A DNA stretch of 64,000 nucleotides from Pirellulales bacterium (GTDB lineage Bacteria > Planctomycetota > Planctomycetia > Pirellulales > Thermoguttaceae), in contig CAWIRC010000003.1 of NCBI GenBank assembly GCA_963838495.1, positions 24,999 through 88,998 of the forward strand. Direction: 5' to 3'. Shown here piece after piece: positions 32,473 through 42,511 of the stretch; positions within the stretch are counted from its first letter, which is position 1; each line of letters opens with the position of its first letter. The position numbers and the translations under genes are program-made. The notes beneath the pieces are model-generated. The model ran no database searches. It saw only the letters and a program-made list of their open reading frames with translations, and was not told the DNA's origin.

Positions 32473-34671
32473 TTACTTCACGTTCATATCGCAGCTCAGG
32501 CCGCCGGAGGCGTGCAGGTAAGCTTGGCGGACGTAGTCGGCCACCATGCGGTCGGCGCTGAATCGCCAGGCCAGAGAGCTGATGGAGTTCATCATCCGCT
32601 TGATCCAGGCCCGGGGCAGGCCGTCCACGTCACGATCGTAATATAAGGGGATAACTTCTTTAATCAGCACCCGCTGCAAATCAGCGCAATCTCGCGAATC
32701 GGTAATCTTCTCGTCGGCGTGATGGGTTCCCTTGCCTATGGCGAAGCCGTTCGAGCCGTCGTAGGCCTCGGCCCACCAGCCGTCGAGGACGGACAGGTTC
32801 AAGGCCCCGTTGAGCACGGCTTTTTGCCCGCTGGTGCCGGAGGCTTCCAAGGGCCGGCGTGGATTGTTCAGCCACACGTCTACGCCCTGGATCAAGTGCC
32901 GGCACACATTAATGTCGTAATCTTCGACAAAGGCGATGCGCCCGGCAAAGCGGGGATCGTGCCGCAGGTTGGCGATGCGCTGAATGAGTTGTTTTCCGGG
33001 GTCGTCGGCCGGATGGGCCTTGCCGGAAAAGATGATTTGGATCGGCCGTTCCGGGTCGTTGACGACCTTTGCCAGCCAATCCATGTCGGTAAGAATCATG
33101 GCGGCCCGCTTGTAGGTGGCGAATCGCCGGGCAAAGCCGAAGGTAAGAATGTTGGGATCGAGGATGTTCCGCGCCGCCTCGACCGCCTCGTCGCTTTCGC
33201 CGCGCCGCCGGCACTGCCGGCTCACCCGCCGCCGGACAAAGGCCAAAAGCAGATTTTTCAGGGCGTAGTGCGTTTCCCAAAGCTCGCCGGGATCGACGTC
33301 GTGGATCATCTGCCAAACCTCGGGCTCGCCCATGCGTTCCATCCAAGTGGCGGGGAAATAACGGTCGTACAACTGTTGCATACCGCCAGCCAGCCAGCTT
33401 TGAATGTGCACGCCGTTGGTAATATGCCCGATGGGTATTTCCTCTTCCACGTGCCAGGGCCAGAGATGGGCCCACATCCGCCGGGTGACGTGCCCGTGCA
33501 GGTTGCTTACGGCGTTTGCCCGCCTGGATAGTTTCAAGCCCAGCACCGTCATGCAGAACGATTCGTGGTCGTTCTGGGGTTCCACGCGCCCCAGTCCCAT
33601 GAGTTGGTCCAGCGAAACGCCCAATTCGTCGCGCAGGGGGCCAAGGTGTTCTTCCATAAGATTCTTGTCGAAGCGGTCGTGGCCGGCCGGCACGGGCGTA
33701 TGAGTGGTAAACACCGTATGCTGGGCCACGTCGCGCAAGGCAGTGTCGAAACTCATGCCGTCGTCTTTCATCCGCTCGCGGATGGCTTCGATGGTGGCGA
33801 ACGCGCTGTGCCCTTCGTTAAGATGATAAACGCCGGGGCTGATGCCCAAGGCCCTCAAGGCCCGCACGCCGCCCACCCCGGCCACCATTTCCTGGCGGAT
33901 GCGGGTGCGGTTGTCGCCGCCGTAGAGCCTGGCGGTAAGTTCGCGGTCCTCGGGCGAATTGCTGGGCACGTCGCAATCCAAAAGATACAAATTCACCCGC
34001 CCCACGCGCATCAGCCACACCTTAGCCAGCAGCCGGCCGGTGCGGGTGTCGATGCGAATCGTGATCGGCTTGCCGTCGGTGCCCATGGCCGGTTCCATGG
34101 GCAGATTCTCGACTTTTGTATCGATGTATTCCTCGTGCTGCCAGCCGTTTATGTCCAGATGCTGCTTGAAATAGCCTTGATCGTAAAAAAGTCCGATGGC
34201 CACCAGCGGCACGCCCAGACCGCTGGCGCTTTTTATGTGGTCGCCCGAAAGCACGCCCAGGCCGCCGGAATATACCGGCACCGACTCGTGCACGCCGAAC
34301 TCCAGGGAAAAATAGGCCACCGGCTTCGATCCCAACACCCCGGCGTGAGTCCTGCCCCAGCGCGGCGTTACGGATATATATTCTTTCAGCCGGCGATAAG
34401 CCTGATTTATGCGGCTGTAAAGCACCAGTTCGGCCGCCCGCATTTCCAGGCGTTCAGGGGTGAATTCGGAGAGCAAGGCAATTGGATTATGGTCCAGTTG
34501 CCGCCAACGGATGGGGTCGAGATCGCGAAAAAGATTAATCACTTCCGTATGCCAACTCCACCACAAATTTCGCGCCAAGGCTGTACATTTTTCATAAAGG
34601 TTTTCAACCGAACGCCCAACCGGCATCGGCGACAGCGACGAACGTGCAACAACCGTTTCGATCTGGCTCAT
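32473..34671 (-). CDS. glgP: alpha-glucan (glycogen) phosphorylase, GT35
   Basis: [28 protein letters not shown] and [25 protein letters not shown] (PLP lysine region), 732 aa. Confidence 0.92.
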   Translation of the reverse strand: MSQIETVVARSSLSPMPVGRSVENLYEKCTALARNLWWSWHTEVINLFRDLDPIRWRQLDHNPIALLSEFTPERLEMRAAELVLYSRINQAYRRLKEYISVTPRWGRTHAGVLGSKPVAYFSLEFGVHESVPVYSGGLGVLSGDHIKSASGLGVPLVAIGLFYDQGYFKQHLDINGWQHEEYIDTKVENLPMEPAMGTDGKPITIRIDTRTGRLLAKVWLMRVGRVNLYLLDCDVPSNSPEDRELTARLYGGDNRTRIRQEMVAGVGGVRALRALGISPGVYHLNEGHSAFATIEAIRERMKDDGMSFDTALRDVAQHTVFTTHTPVPAGHDRFDKNLMEEHLGPLRDELGVSLDQLMGLGRVEPQNDHESFCMTVLGLKLSRRANAVSNLHGHVTRRMWAHLWPWHVEEEIPIGHITNGVHIQSWLAGGMQQLYDRYFPATWMERMGEPEVWQMIHDVDPGELWETHYALKNLLLAFVRRRVSRQCRRRGESDEAVEAARNILDPNILTFGFARRFATYKRAAMILTDMDWLAKVVNDPERPIQIIFSGKAHPADDPGKQLIQRIANLRHDPRFAGRIAFVEDYDINVCRHLIQGVDVWLNNPRRPLEASGTSGQKAVLNGALNLSVLDGWWAEAYDGSNGFAIGKGTHHADEKITDSRDCADLQRVLIKEVIPLYYDRDVDGLPRAWIKRMMNSISSLAWRFSADRMVADYVRQAYLHASGGLSCDMNVK

Positions 34672-34848
34672 ACTAACCCGTTTGTTTTAAAAATACCCGT
34701 ATGATTGTGGAACACTAATATTATATCGGCTCGAATTTGTTGACGCGACCCCACCCGGGCATGAATAATCATGCTTATTGATGATTTTACTGAGGTTTAC
34801 GACTATTGCAGAAAACTCAATGTCAACGTATCATGCGCGGTTTTACAT

Positions 34849-34883
34849 ATTAGGGTTCAGGGTTTAGGTATTAGAATGATGAG
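34849..34883. repeat. heptad-periodic array (5 units)
   Basis: attaggg ttcaggg tttaggt attagaa tgatgag. Confidence 0.7.
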
Positions 34884-35020
34884 CTTTTTCGACACGGAAA
34901 TCCTACCAAAACCAAGGGGTTGCATCCCGCGGACTAAAAATCGTCTATTGCCCAGTCTCCTATTGATGGAATGAATGTTACTACCCATTGGAGGCATCCG
35001 GCGAGCCAATCCGAGCACAA

Positions 35021-35140
35021 CTAGTAGTCGGCCAATACTTAAATTGTGAATGTTGGGATGGCAGTTGCACTGCCATCCCGGGGCGACAGTGCAACTATCG
35101 CCCCAACATATTCACAAAGTTAGCTTTGGCCGACTACTAG
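35021..35140. repeat. 120-nt nested imperfect palindrome (MITE-like or structured RNA) 41 nt upstream of cysC
   Basis: A perfect 15-bp outer stem pairs ctagtagtcggccaa (35021-35035) with ttggccgactactag (35126-35140). Inside are a stem tgtgaatgttgg/ccaacatattcaca, a hairpin at 35056-35078 (9 bp) and a hairpin at 35080-35104 (7 bp). Confidence 0.8.
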
Positions 35141-35180
35141 GCAAAACGCCCGATAATTTAAACCAAGCGAAGGATCTTTT

Positions 35181-35861
35181 ATGACAGATCATCATGTTCA
35201 AGTACATTGGCACGATCATGCGGTAACGCGGGAAGAGCGGGAAAAACTCAACCGCCACAGGGGATGCGTGATTTGGTTTACAGGCCTGAGCGCTTGCGGC
35301 AAAAGCACCGTGGCCAACCTGCTCGACCACAAACTGCATAGTTTTGGCTTACATAGTTTCGTCCTTGACGGCGATAACATCCGGCACGGCCTGAACGCCG
35401 GCCCAGGGATGCTCAAAGGGCAGCACGGAGAAGAGTATGCCAAGCGGTTCGGGCTGGGCTTTTCGGCCCAGGACCGGGAGGAAAACATCCGCCGCATCGG
35501 CGCCGTGGCCAAACTTTTCAGCGATGCGGGGATTATCGCCATCACCGCCTTTATCAGTCCATATCGAGTGGATCGAGATCGGGTGCGGGCATCGTTGCCA
35601 AAGGGCGATTTTATCGAAATCTTTGTCGATGCCCCCCTGGAAGTATGCGAAGCCAGGGATCCCAAAGGACTTTATAAAAAGGCCCGACTGGGGGAAGTCA
35701 AGGGATTCACGGGCATTGATGATCCCTATGAACCGCCGCTTAAACCTGAGCTTGTCCTGGACGCCGGCGCCAAACCGGCGGAGATATTGGCCGAGGAAGT
35801 GCTAGCATACCTAAGATCCAAAAATATCCTGGACCGCTTGCCGGCCGGGCAAGAATGTTAA
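35181..35861 (+). CDS. cysC: adenylyl-sulfate (APS) kinase
   Basis: P-loop FTGLSACGKST, FVLDGDNIRHGLN and ITAFISPYR, 226 aa. Confidence 0.92.
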   Translation: MTDHHVQVHWHDHAVTREEREKLNRHRGCVIWFTGLSACGKSTVANLLDHKLHSFGLHSFVLDGDNIRHGLNAGPGMLKGQHGEEYAKRFGLGFSAQDREENIRRIGAVAKLFSDAGIIAITAFISPYRVDRDRVRASLPKGDFIEIFVDAPLEVCEARDPKGLYKKARLGEVKGFTGIDDPYEPPLKPELVLDAGAKPAEILAEEVLAYLRSKNILDRLPAGQEC

Positions 35862-35898
35862 ATCTCCGTAACATATCCACGCCCGCATAGGCGATGCC

Positions 35899-35920
35899 AT
35901 GTCCACGCTAGCGTGAACAT
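35899..35920. repeat. 22-nt near-perfect palindrome / hairpin
   Basis: atgtccacgctagcgtgaacat, 38 nt after the cysC stop, with no T-run. Confidence 0.5.
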
Positions 35921-36396
35921 ATTGCGGCCTCTTGTCTCAAGGCGGGCAATGTCCCTCTAATTTGCCTTAATTACCAGCATTTTAATAGCATTTCCCCTTG
36001 TACAAACCAAGTCTCACCAACCACTTTTGCCCCACAATTAGCTTTAGAGGAAAACCAAGGCCTGTTAAATCAAATTGGCAAAGCAGGCAGAGACCCAAAA
36101 GGCTCACCCACATGAATTTATCAGGAAATAGAGAATATGCTCTTTGTGGGGTTGACTTTAATTGATTTTTGGAGCTAAATTATGAGTCGTGGGACAATCG
36201 CAACTTTGATCCCGGAATAGGTTGTAAAGCTCCGTGTGACAAGGTTGATCGCCGTTGGGGATCAGTTGGCAGGCGTCTCAGTCGGGCCGGAACGTAATTA
36301 TCGTCTGACTGTTTTGTACGACGGCTGGCTGAAAAAAGCAGCGGCGTGAGCGCACGCAAAAGCGGGCGCGGAATCGGCGTGAGGAGCTTGAATTGG

Positions 36397-36624
36397 ATGA
36401 CTGCGACAGCGATTAACGAATTACATGCGCGGGCCCAGGCGGCATTGGCAAACAGCCCGTTCTTCGAATTGCACGAATTACAGGTCGAGCAACGTGATGG
36501 CACGCTATTTATATCCGGCAACGTTTCCAGCTTTTACCACAAGCAATTAGCACAGGAGGTTGTCCGTTCGGTCTGCAAAGGAATTGAAGTGACCAATTCG
36601 ATTGAAGTGGAATTGGCCGAATGA
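36397..36624 (+). CDS. small BON-domain protein
   Basis: LQVEQRDGTLFISGNVSSFYHKQLAQEVVRSV.GIEVTNSIEV. The start is uncertain (36346 or 36397). Confidence 0.65.
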   Translation: MTATAINELHARAQAALANSPFFELHELQVEQRDGTLFISGNVSSFYHKQLAQEVVRSVCKGIEVTNSIEVELAE

Positions 36625-36627
36625 GTT

Positions 36628-36674
36628 GTAGGACGGATTCGTATTCCTTATTGGCGAATTGAAAAATCCGTCCT
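36628..36674. repeat. GTAGGACGGATT..AATCCGTCCT hairpin directly after the BON gene stop
   Basis: gtaggacggattcgtattccttattggcgaattgaaaaatccgtcct. Confidence 0.65.
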
Positions 36675-36803
36675 CCAGCCAAAATTAAACGCAGACGCGC
36701 GGAACGAACCTGGATGGCGTACATACGTTGGAACACGGAAGTTCCTGGGCGTTTCTGCTGACGCCGCTTGAAGGGATTGCTTGCGGCGATCGAGGAGAAA
36801 GCC

Positions 36804-37082
36804 ATGGAAGATCAGCCCGCCTCGGCCGGATTGGCCTTGCGCACGTTCCGCGATTATCTGCCGGAAACCTTGGAAGAAGCCGAAGAGTTGGCCGCCTCGA
36901 TTGAACGGGCAGTGCAACAAGAGACGGGACACGGCGTCCGCAACCTGCGCGTCGTGGTCGATAACGACTCGGTCGTGCTCAAAGGCCGCTGCGACAGCTA
37001 CTACTGCAAGCAATTGGCCCAGCACGTCGCCATGAATCTTTCGCACGGCGAAAGGCTTGTAAACGGAATCGAAGTGCTGTAA
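36804..37082 (+). CDS. small BON-domain protein (paralog of 36397-36624)
   Basis: LRVVVDNDSVVLKGRCDSYYCKQLAQHVAMNLSHGERLVNGIEV. Confidence 0.65.
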   Translation: MEDQPASAGLALRTFRDYLPETLEEAEELAASIERAVQQETGHGVRNLRVVVDNDSVVLKGRCDSYYCKQLAQHVAMNLSHGERLVNGIEVL

Positions 37083-37220
37083 CCGCCGCCGGTTGGTTAT
37101 TATCGAAATTGCGACGTATGGAATGCATCGCATCCGGTCGGCGCAGGTTCCCTTCATAAAAAGCCTTATCCTTGATATACTGGTTGATATCAAGGTTTCA
37201 CCCCAGGGAATCCCATCGCC

Positions 37221-38114
37221 ATGAAATGCTCCTCCCGCCGAAAATTTTTAAAGCAATCACTCGGACTTGGCGCCCTGGCCCTGGCCGCCGGGCCGCTGAG
37301 CGATTCATTGTTGTTCGCCGCTGAAAAACCGGGCTCGAAAATGAAAATCGGGCTGGTCACGTTTCGCTGGGGGCAAGACTGGGACTTGCCCACGCTCCTG
37401 GCCAACTGCGAAAAAGCCCAAGTCCTCGGCGTCGAATTGCGCACTGGGCATAAACACGGCGTCGAGCCCGCTCTCGGCGCCGCTGAAAGAAAAGATGTGC
37501 GGAAACGGTTCGCCGACAGCCCGGTGATCTTTGTCGGGTTGGGCACCAACGAGTGCTTCGATAGTCCCGACCCGGCCAAGCTCGCCCAATCCATGGAAAA
37601 GGCCAAGTCTTTCGTCGTGCTCAGCCACGACTGCGGCGGCAGCGGCGTAAAAGTCAAGCCCAACGATTTTCATCCCGATGTGCCCCGCGAAAAAACCATC
37701 GAGCAAATCGGAACGTCGCTAAATGAACTGGGCAAATTCGCCGCCGATTACGGGCAGTCGATCCGCCTGGAAGTCCACGGCTCCTGCGCCGAATTGCCCA
37801 CCATCAAGCAAATCATGGATATAGCGACCGAAAAAAACGTAGGAGTATGCTGGAATTGCAACGACGAAGATCTCCGCGGCGGCGGCCTGGAATACAACTT
37901 CAACCTGGTAAAAGACCGCCTGGCCGATACCGCGCACGTGCGGGAACTGAACGTCGGCAACTATCCCTATCAGGAACTCATCAATCTGTTTGTGAAAATC
38001 GATTACCCGGGCTGGATCATGCTGGAATGCCGCACAAATCCCAAAGACCGCCTGGCCGCGATGATCGAGCAGCGGGAAATCTGGCAAAAAATGATCGCCA
38101 ACGCCCAGGCCTGA
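37221..38114 (+). CDS. sugar phosphate isomerase/epimerase (xylose-isomerase-like TIM barrel) with Tat signal
   Basis: Twin-arginine leader SRRKFLKQSLGLGALALAA and TIM-barrel pattern (..IRLEVHG..ECR). Confidence 0.8.
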   Translation: MKCSSRRKFLKQSLGLGALALAAGPLSDSLLFAAEKPGSKMKIGLVTFRWGQDWDLPTLLANCEKAQVLGVELRTGHKHGVEPALGAAERKDVRKRFADSPVIFVGLGTNECFDSPDPAKLAQSMEKAKSFVVLSHDCGGSGVKVKPNDFHPDVPREKTIEQIGTSLNELGKFAADYGQSIRLEVHGSCAELPTIKQIMDIATEKNVGVCWNCNDEDLRGGGLEYNFNLVKDRLADTAHVRELNVGNYPYQELINLFVKIDYPGWIMLECRTNPKDRLAAMIEQREIWQKMIANAQA

Positions 38115-38160
38115 TCGCCCGGTTTAGCCCGGGAGCTTGCTCCCGGTGATATTGACTGCG

Positions 38161-39687
38161 CTACACCGACCCAAGTTCCGCCATAACCCGGCACCCAACG
38201 ACCGCCGGAAAAAGCCGTTTTGCCCTTATTGCACCCCGGGCATCAGCTTCTTGATGGGCTTTGTCAAAACGAGCATGCGCTATTCCCGCCGCGGACGTGA
38301 TCAGAACGATCAGCAGGAACCGGCCAGGCATTTGAGGGACCGACTCTTCGGAAAATGCCCCTGCTATCAATCCGGCGCAGAGGTTTCCCAACGAGGTGGC
38401 CAAAAACCAAATGCCCATCATCTGCCCCACAAGCCGCTGCGGGGCTAGTTTTGTTACCGAACTCAAGCCCACCGGGCTAAGGCAAAGCTCGCCCACGGTA
38501 TGTAAAAAATAAGTGGCGATAAGCCAGGTCGGCAGGACTTTCTCGCCCTCCGCCACATACACCGCCGCCCATGCCATAATCGCAAATCCCAAGCTTAAAA
38601 ACAGCAACCCAAGGCTGAATTTCACGGGTATGGATGGGTCTTTTTGCCGCCGCGCCAAATACACCCATAGCCCTGCCGCCAAAGGCGCCAGAATAAGAAC
38701 AAAAGCGGGAGGAATCGATTGAAACCAGCTTGCCGGCACCTCGTAATTCATAAAACCCATGTCTCGATTGGTGTGTCGTTCGGCAAACAGGTTTAAAGTC
38801 GATCCGGCCTGTTCGTACCCCGCAAAAAACACGGCCGAGGTAATAAAGAGCACCGCTATTACGGCGACCCTTTTCTTTTCGACCCCGTCCAGTTTGCCGA
38901 AAAGAAACACGTAAGCGAAATACAACACAGCCATCGAGATAATGACATAACTTGTTCTTTCCGCCAACCATAATGGATCGATTTTTACTATCCCAGTCAA
39001 AACCAGGACTATGACTCCCGTTAAAACCGCCAATCCTGAGCCCAAAAGCAGCCAGTCATTGCGTCCGGTTGGCCGGGCAGGATCGAGCCGTTTGCCGGCG
39101 TCTCCTAGAATAGGCGCAAAAATGCGATATTGGATCAACCCAAAGACCATGCCTACTCCGGCGGCGGCGAATCCATAGTGCCAGTCGATTTGTTTGGCAA
39201 AGTAGCCGCAAACGAGCGGTCCGATCATCGCGCCGAGGTTGATGCCCATGTAGAAGATTGTAAAGCCGGCGTCGCGTCGTCCGCCGCCCTCGGGATAGAG
39301 CCGCCCGACCATGGCGCTGATGTTGGGTTTAAGCATGCCCGTGCCTAGGATTATTATCAGCAACCCGAGAAAAAAAGTATTGTCCCTAGGCACGATCAAA
39401 GTGAATTGCCCGAGAGCGATCAGAATCCCGCCCCACCATACCGTCCGCCTTGCGCCCAACAAACGGTCGGCGATCCACCCGCCGGGCAGGGCCGCCATGT
39501 AAACACCCGCTACGTATAGTCCGTAAATGGCCGTCGCCGTTTTGTCGTTTAAGCCCAGCCCGCCTTTTTCCACTAGTGCCACCATGTAAAGCACCAGCAG
39601 CGCCCGCATGCCGTAATAGCTGAACCGCTCCCACATCTCGGTGAAGAACAGCACGTACAGTCCGCGCGGTTGGGCCGATGCTTTCAT
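38161..39687 (-). CDS. POT-family di/tripeptide:proton symporter
   Basis: [16 protein letters not shown] and [19 protein letters not shown], ~14 TM, 508 aa. Confidence 0.9.
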   Translation of the reverse strand: MKASAQPRGLYVLFFTEMWERFSYYGMRALLVLYMVALVEKGGLGLNDKTATAIYGLYVAGVYMAALPGGWIADRLLGARRTVWWGGILIALGQFTLIVPRDNTFFLGLLIIILGTGMLKPNISAMVGRLYPEGGGRRDAGFTIFYMGINLGAMIGPLVCGYFAKQIDWHYGFAAAGVGMVFGLIQYRIFAPILGDAGKRLDPARPTGRNDWLLLGSGLAVLTGVIVLVLTGIVKIDPLWLAERTSYVIISMAVLYFAYVFLFGKLDGVEKKRVAVIAVLFITSAVFFAGYEQAGSTLNLFAERHTNRDMGFMNYEVPASWFQSIPPAFVLILAPLAAGLWVYLARRQKDPSIPVKFSLGLLFLSLGFAIMAWAAVYVAEGEKVLPTWLIATYFLHTVGELCLSPVGLSSVTKLAPQRLVGQMMGIWFLATSLGNLCAGLIAGAFSEESVPQMPGRFLLIVLITSAAGIAHARFDKAHQEADARGAIRAKRLFPAVVGCRVMAELGSV

Positions 39688-39689
39688 GA

Positions 39690-39738
39690 GTCGGTTATCA
39701 GTTGTCCGTTATAAGTTGTCAGTGATCAGTGGGCAGTG
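39690..39738. repeat. heptad-periodic array (7 units) directly 5' of the POT start codon
   Basis: gtcggtt atcagtt gtccgtt ataagtt gtcagtg atcagtg ggcagtg. Confidence 0.8.
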
Positions 39739-39795
39739 TTGGTAGGACGACTTTCAAAGTCGTCCTACGGTCATCGCAAAACCGCACACGGTTTT
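39728..39795. repeat. ~67-nt composite repeat, copy 2
   Basis: cagtgggcagtgttggtaggacgactttcaaagtcgtcctacggtcatcgcaaaaccgcacacggttt. Confidence 0.85.
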
Positions 39796-39804
39796 TCTGC
39801 CACA

Positions 39805-39874
39805 ATTCATCCCTCATCCTTCATCCCTCATCCTTCATCATTCTGCATTCTGCATTCTGCATTCTTCATTCCTG
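39805..39874. repeat. heptad-periodic array (10 units) overlapping the S9 peptidase stop
   Basis: attcatc cctcatc cttcatc cctcatc cttcatc attctgc attctgc attctgc attcttc attcctg. Confidence 0.85.
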
Positions 39875-42394
39875 CCGCGGCTCAACGCCCAGCAGGTTGC
39901 GCACGAAAAAGTCCTGGCGGCGGCGCTGGCCGTAGGGCGATTCGGCCGAGCCGTGCCCCCGGCCCGGGAATATCAAGAGCTCAAAATCCTTGTCGGCCTT
40001 GATCAGGGCGTTGACCACCTGCATCGTCGAGGCGGGGTCCACGTTTTCGTCCATTTCGCCCACGCAGAGCATGAGTTTACCTTGAATCTTGGCGGCGCCG
40101 GTCACATTCGACTGCGCCTCGTATTCCGGGCCGACGGGCCAGCCCATCCACTGCTCGTTCCACCAGATCTTATCCATGCGGTTGTCGTGGCAGCCGCAAT
40201 CGGAAACGGCGACTTTGTAAAAATCGCCGTGGTCGATAAGCGCCCGGGTCGAACTTTGCCCGCCCGCCGACCCTCCGTAAATGCCTACGCGGCTTAAGTC
40301 CATATAAGGATATTTCTCCGCCGCGGTCTTGATCCACAGTATGTGATCGGGAAATCCGGAATCGGCTAGATTCTTCCAACAAACGTCGTGAAACTTCTTC
40401 GAGCGGTTCGACGTGCCCATCCCGTCGCTCTGCACCAGGATGAATCCCAACTCGGCCAATATCTGCGGCGAATGCAGGGGGCTGAAAGCCTTGGGCACAA
40501 AAGCTCCCTGCGGTCCGGCGTAAATCAGCTCGATAACCGGATATTTTCTCGATGGATCGAAAATCGTGGGCCGATAGATCACCCCGTAAATATCGGTCGC
40601 GCCGTCGCGGCCCTTGGCCACGAACCGCTCCGGGATCTTCCATCCGGTCTTGAGCAATTCGCTCCAGTCGGCCTCTTCCAATTTGCAGACCAAAGAGCCG
40701 TCTTCCATGCGGCGAAGTTCATTTACCGGCGGCATGTCGATGCGCGAGAATGTATCGATGAAAAATCTCCGATCGGGCGAGAATTTAATCGTGTGCGTCC
40801 CGTCGCCCTCGGTGAGCATGGTCAGGCCCGTGCCGTCGAAATTCACCCGGCAGTAATGGATGTAATACGGATCCTGCCCGGGCCGAATGCCCCCGGCATA
40901 GAAGTATATTTGCCGTTTTTCCGGGTCCACCTTTTCCACGCTGCGAACGACCCACTCTCCCTTGGTGATCTGGTTTTTCACGTCGCCGGTCTTGGCGTCG
41001 TAGAGATAAAGGTGATTCCACCCGTCTCGTTCGGACATGCAGATGATCTCGCCGCTCTCATCGAGATACCGCAGAAATTGTTTGCCGGAATAATCGATAA
41101 ACGTGGGGCTCTGTTCCTCGACCACGGTTTGCACTTTGCCCGTGGCTGCGTCGGCGGCAAGCACCCGCATCACTTGGTGGCCGCGCTGATTGTGGTGGAA
41201 CATGAAGCGGCTGGAATCGGGATCCCAATGCACGTCGCTCACGCTCCATGGATTGGGGAACAATTCATCGCTTATGGGAATGTGCTTCCGGCCGGCCACG
41301 TCGAATAATTGCGGCTTGGAAAAGGGGATTTTATCGCCCGGCTTCAGGTAATCGTACGAATGCAGCTTGGGCTGAACCTGGTCCTTGGGCGAAGATTCGA
41401 CGTAATAGACCTTGTGCTCGTCGCCTTTTTTAGTCCGCAGGACAACCAGTTTTTTTGAATCGGGCGACCAATATAACTCCCCGGAATATTCGTCTTCCGG
41501 GTTCCCGTCGTCGCTTAGTTCAGTCTCTTCGTGCGATTCGGCGTCGCGCAGATATACATTGTGATCCTTGAAAAAGGCCGCCCACTGGCCGTCGGGCGAC
41601 GTGGCGCTTTCCGACCTGGGACCGCGGTAGCGGCGCCCCTCGGGCGGATCGGGAATCTTTTGATTGTCGTCTATTACCGCCGAGCCCGCCTGTTCCTCGG
41701 CCTGGAATATGCCCAGTGTTTTTCCCTGCGGATCGGCCGCCAGCCACACGTGCCCCGCGTAGGTATGTTGCACCAGTTTATCGCCCGGCTTGATTTTGCC
41801 GTACGAATGTCGCCTGCCTTCCTCGTCGAGCCAGAAGATTTCCACCTCGGTCTTGGTCTGGTTGATAAATGTCAGCGAGGTTTCTTCCCCGGCCGGCCCG
41901 CTTCGCCGTGGAAATCTCCGCGGCTCGGACGGGCGTGTGGGTTTTTCCCCGTCTTTTGCCTCGCGCAGCTCGTAAGTTTGCAAATCGCATCGCCAGATCT
42001 TGCCCGCATTGTGCACGAATACGGCGCTCGCGTCTTCATTGTATTCCAACGTGTCGATGGGCAGCCTCTGGGCGTCAACTTCCTTCTCCAGCGCCTTGCC
42101 CAGCGCTTTTGCCATTTTTTCGTGGTCAAAGGCCGGTTCGCGCGTGCCCTTTACTGCGTCGACTAAAATGAATTCACACTCGCCCCCGCCCCATTCGTTG
42201 CGATACCAGAATCGGGCATTGTCGCCGTACCAGTTGGGCGTTACCCGGTTCTTGAAAACCTTGTTGGTTGTAACTTTTCGCAAGCCGTTGGCCCGCTCGT
42301 AATCGGCCTTCGTGCCTTGGGCCGGAGATGATGCGCATAAATTCAGAAAAACCAGAATTGCCAACGCGTAAATTGATAATGCGTGTCTTTTCAT
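39866..42394 (-). CDS. S9-family serine peptidase (DPP-IV-like beta-propeller plus alpha/beta hydrolase), secreted
   Basis: Signal peptide, nucleophile elbow GIYGGSAGGQSS, and C-terminal ..FPGRGHG, 842 aa. Confidence 0.9.
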   Translation of the reverse strand: MKRHALSIYALAILVFLNLCASSPAQGTKADYERANGLRKVTTNKVFKNRVTPNWYGDNARFWYRNEWGGGECEFILVDAVKGTREPAFDHEKMAKALGKALEKEVDAQRLPIDTLEYNEDASAVFVHNAGKIWRCDLQTYELREAKDGEKPTRPSEPRRFPRRSGPAGEETSLTFINQTKTEVEIFWLDEEGRRHSYGKIKPGDKLVQHTYAGHVWLAADPQGKTLGIFQAEEQAGSAVIDDNQKIPDPPEGRRYRGPRSESATSPDGQWAAFFKDHNVYLRDAESHEETELSDDGNPEDEYSGELYWSPDSKKLVVLRTKKGDEHKVYYVESSPKDQVQPKLHSYDYLKPGDKIPFSKPQLFDVAGRKHIPISDELFPNPWSVSDVHWDPDSSRFMFHHNQRGHQVMRVLAADAATGKVQTVVEEQSPTFIDYSGKQFLRYLDESGEIICMSERDGWNHLYLYDAKTGDVKNQITKGEWVVRSVEKVDPEKRQIYFYAGGIRPGQDPYYIHYCRVNFDGTGLTMLTEGDGTHTIKFSPDRRFFIDTFSRIDMPPVNELRRMEDGSLVCKLEEADWSELLKTGWKIPERFVAKGRDGATDIYGVIYRPTIFDPSRKYPVIELIYAGPQGAFVPKAFSPLHSPQILAELGFILVQSDGMGTSNRSKKFHDVCWKNLADSGFPDHILWIKTAAEKYPYMDLSRVGIYGGSAGGQSSTRALIDHGDFYKVAVSDCGCHDNRMDKIWWNEQWMGWPVGPEYEAQSNVTGAAKIQGKLMLCVGEMDENVDPASTMQVVNALIKADKDFELLIFPGRGHGSAESPYGQRRRQDFFVRNLLGVEPRQE

Positions 42395-42511
42395 GGAAGT
42401 TATTCTCGGTCTGGTTGTTTAACCCCGGGATACCGGCAGAATAGGACTTATGTGACCAATAGGACTTATAAGACTCATCGGTCACATAGGTCCTATCATG
42501 ATTGCGTATAT

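Noticed and set aside
33565-34704. A 379-aa ORF on the plus strand. Similar long ORFs include 1437-2378 (+), 8576-9319 (-), 11339-12067 (+), 40388-41308 (+), 49030-49914 (-) and 51364-52173 (-).
   Set aside because: They lie antisense or out of frame within strongly supported genes (glgP, treZ, hydrolase, mgtA, S9 peptidase, cytochrome-like protein, glgX). Their products are Arg/Gly/Pro/His-rich and low in complexity, which is typical of shadow ORFs in GC-rich DNA.
39805-39874. Heptad arrays considered as a possible CRISPR or mini-CRISPR.
   Set aside because: The period is 7 nt with no spacers, there are no repeats of 24-40 nt, and no cas genes are present.
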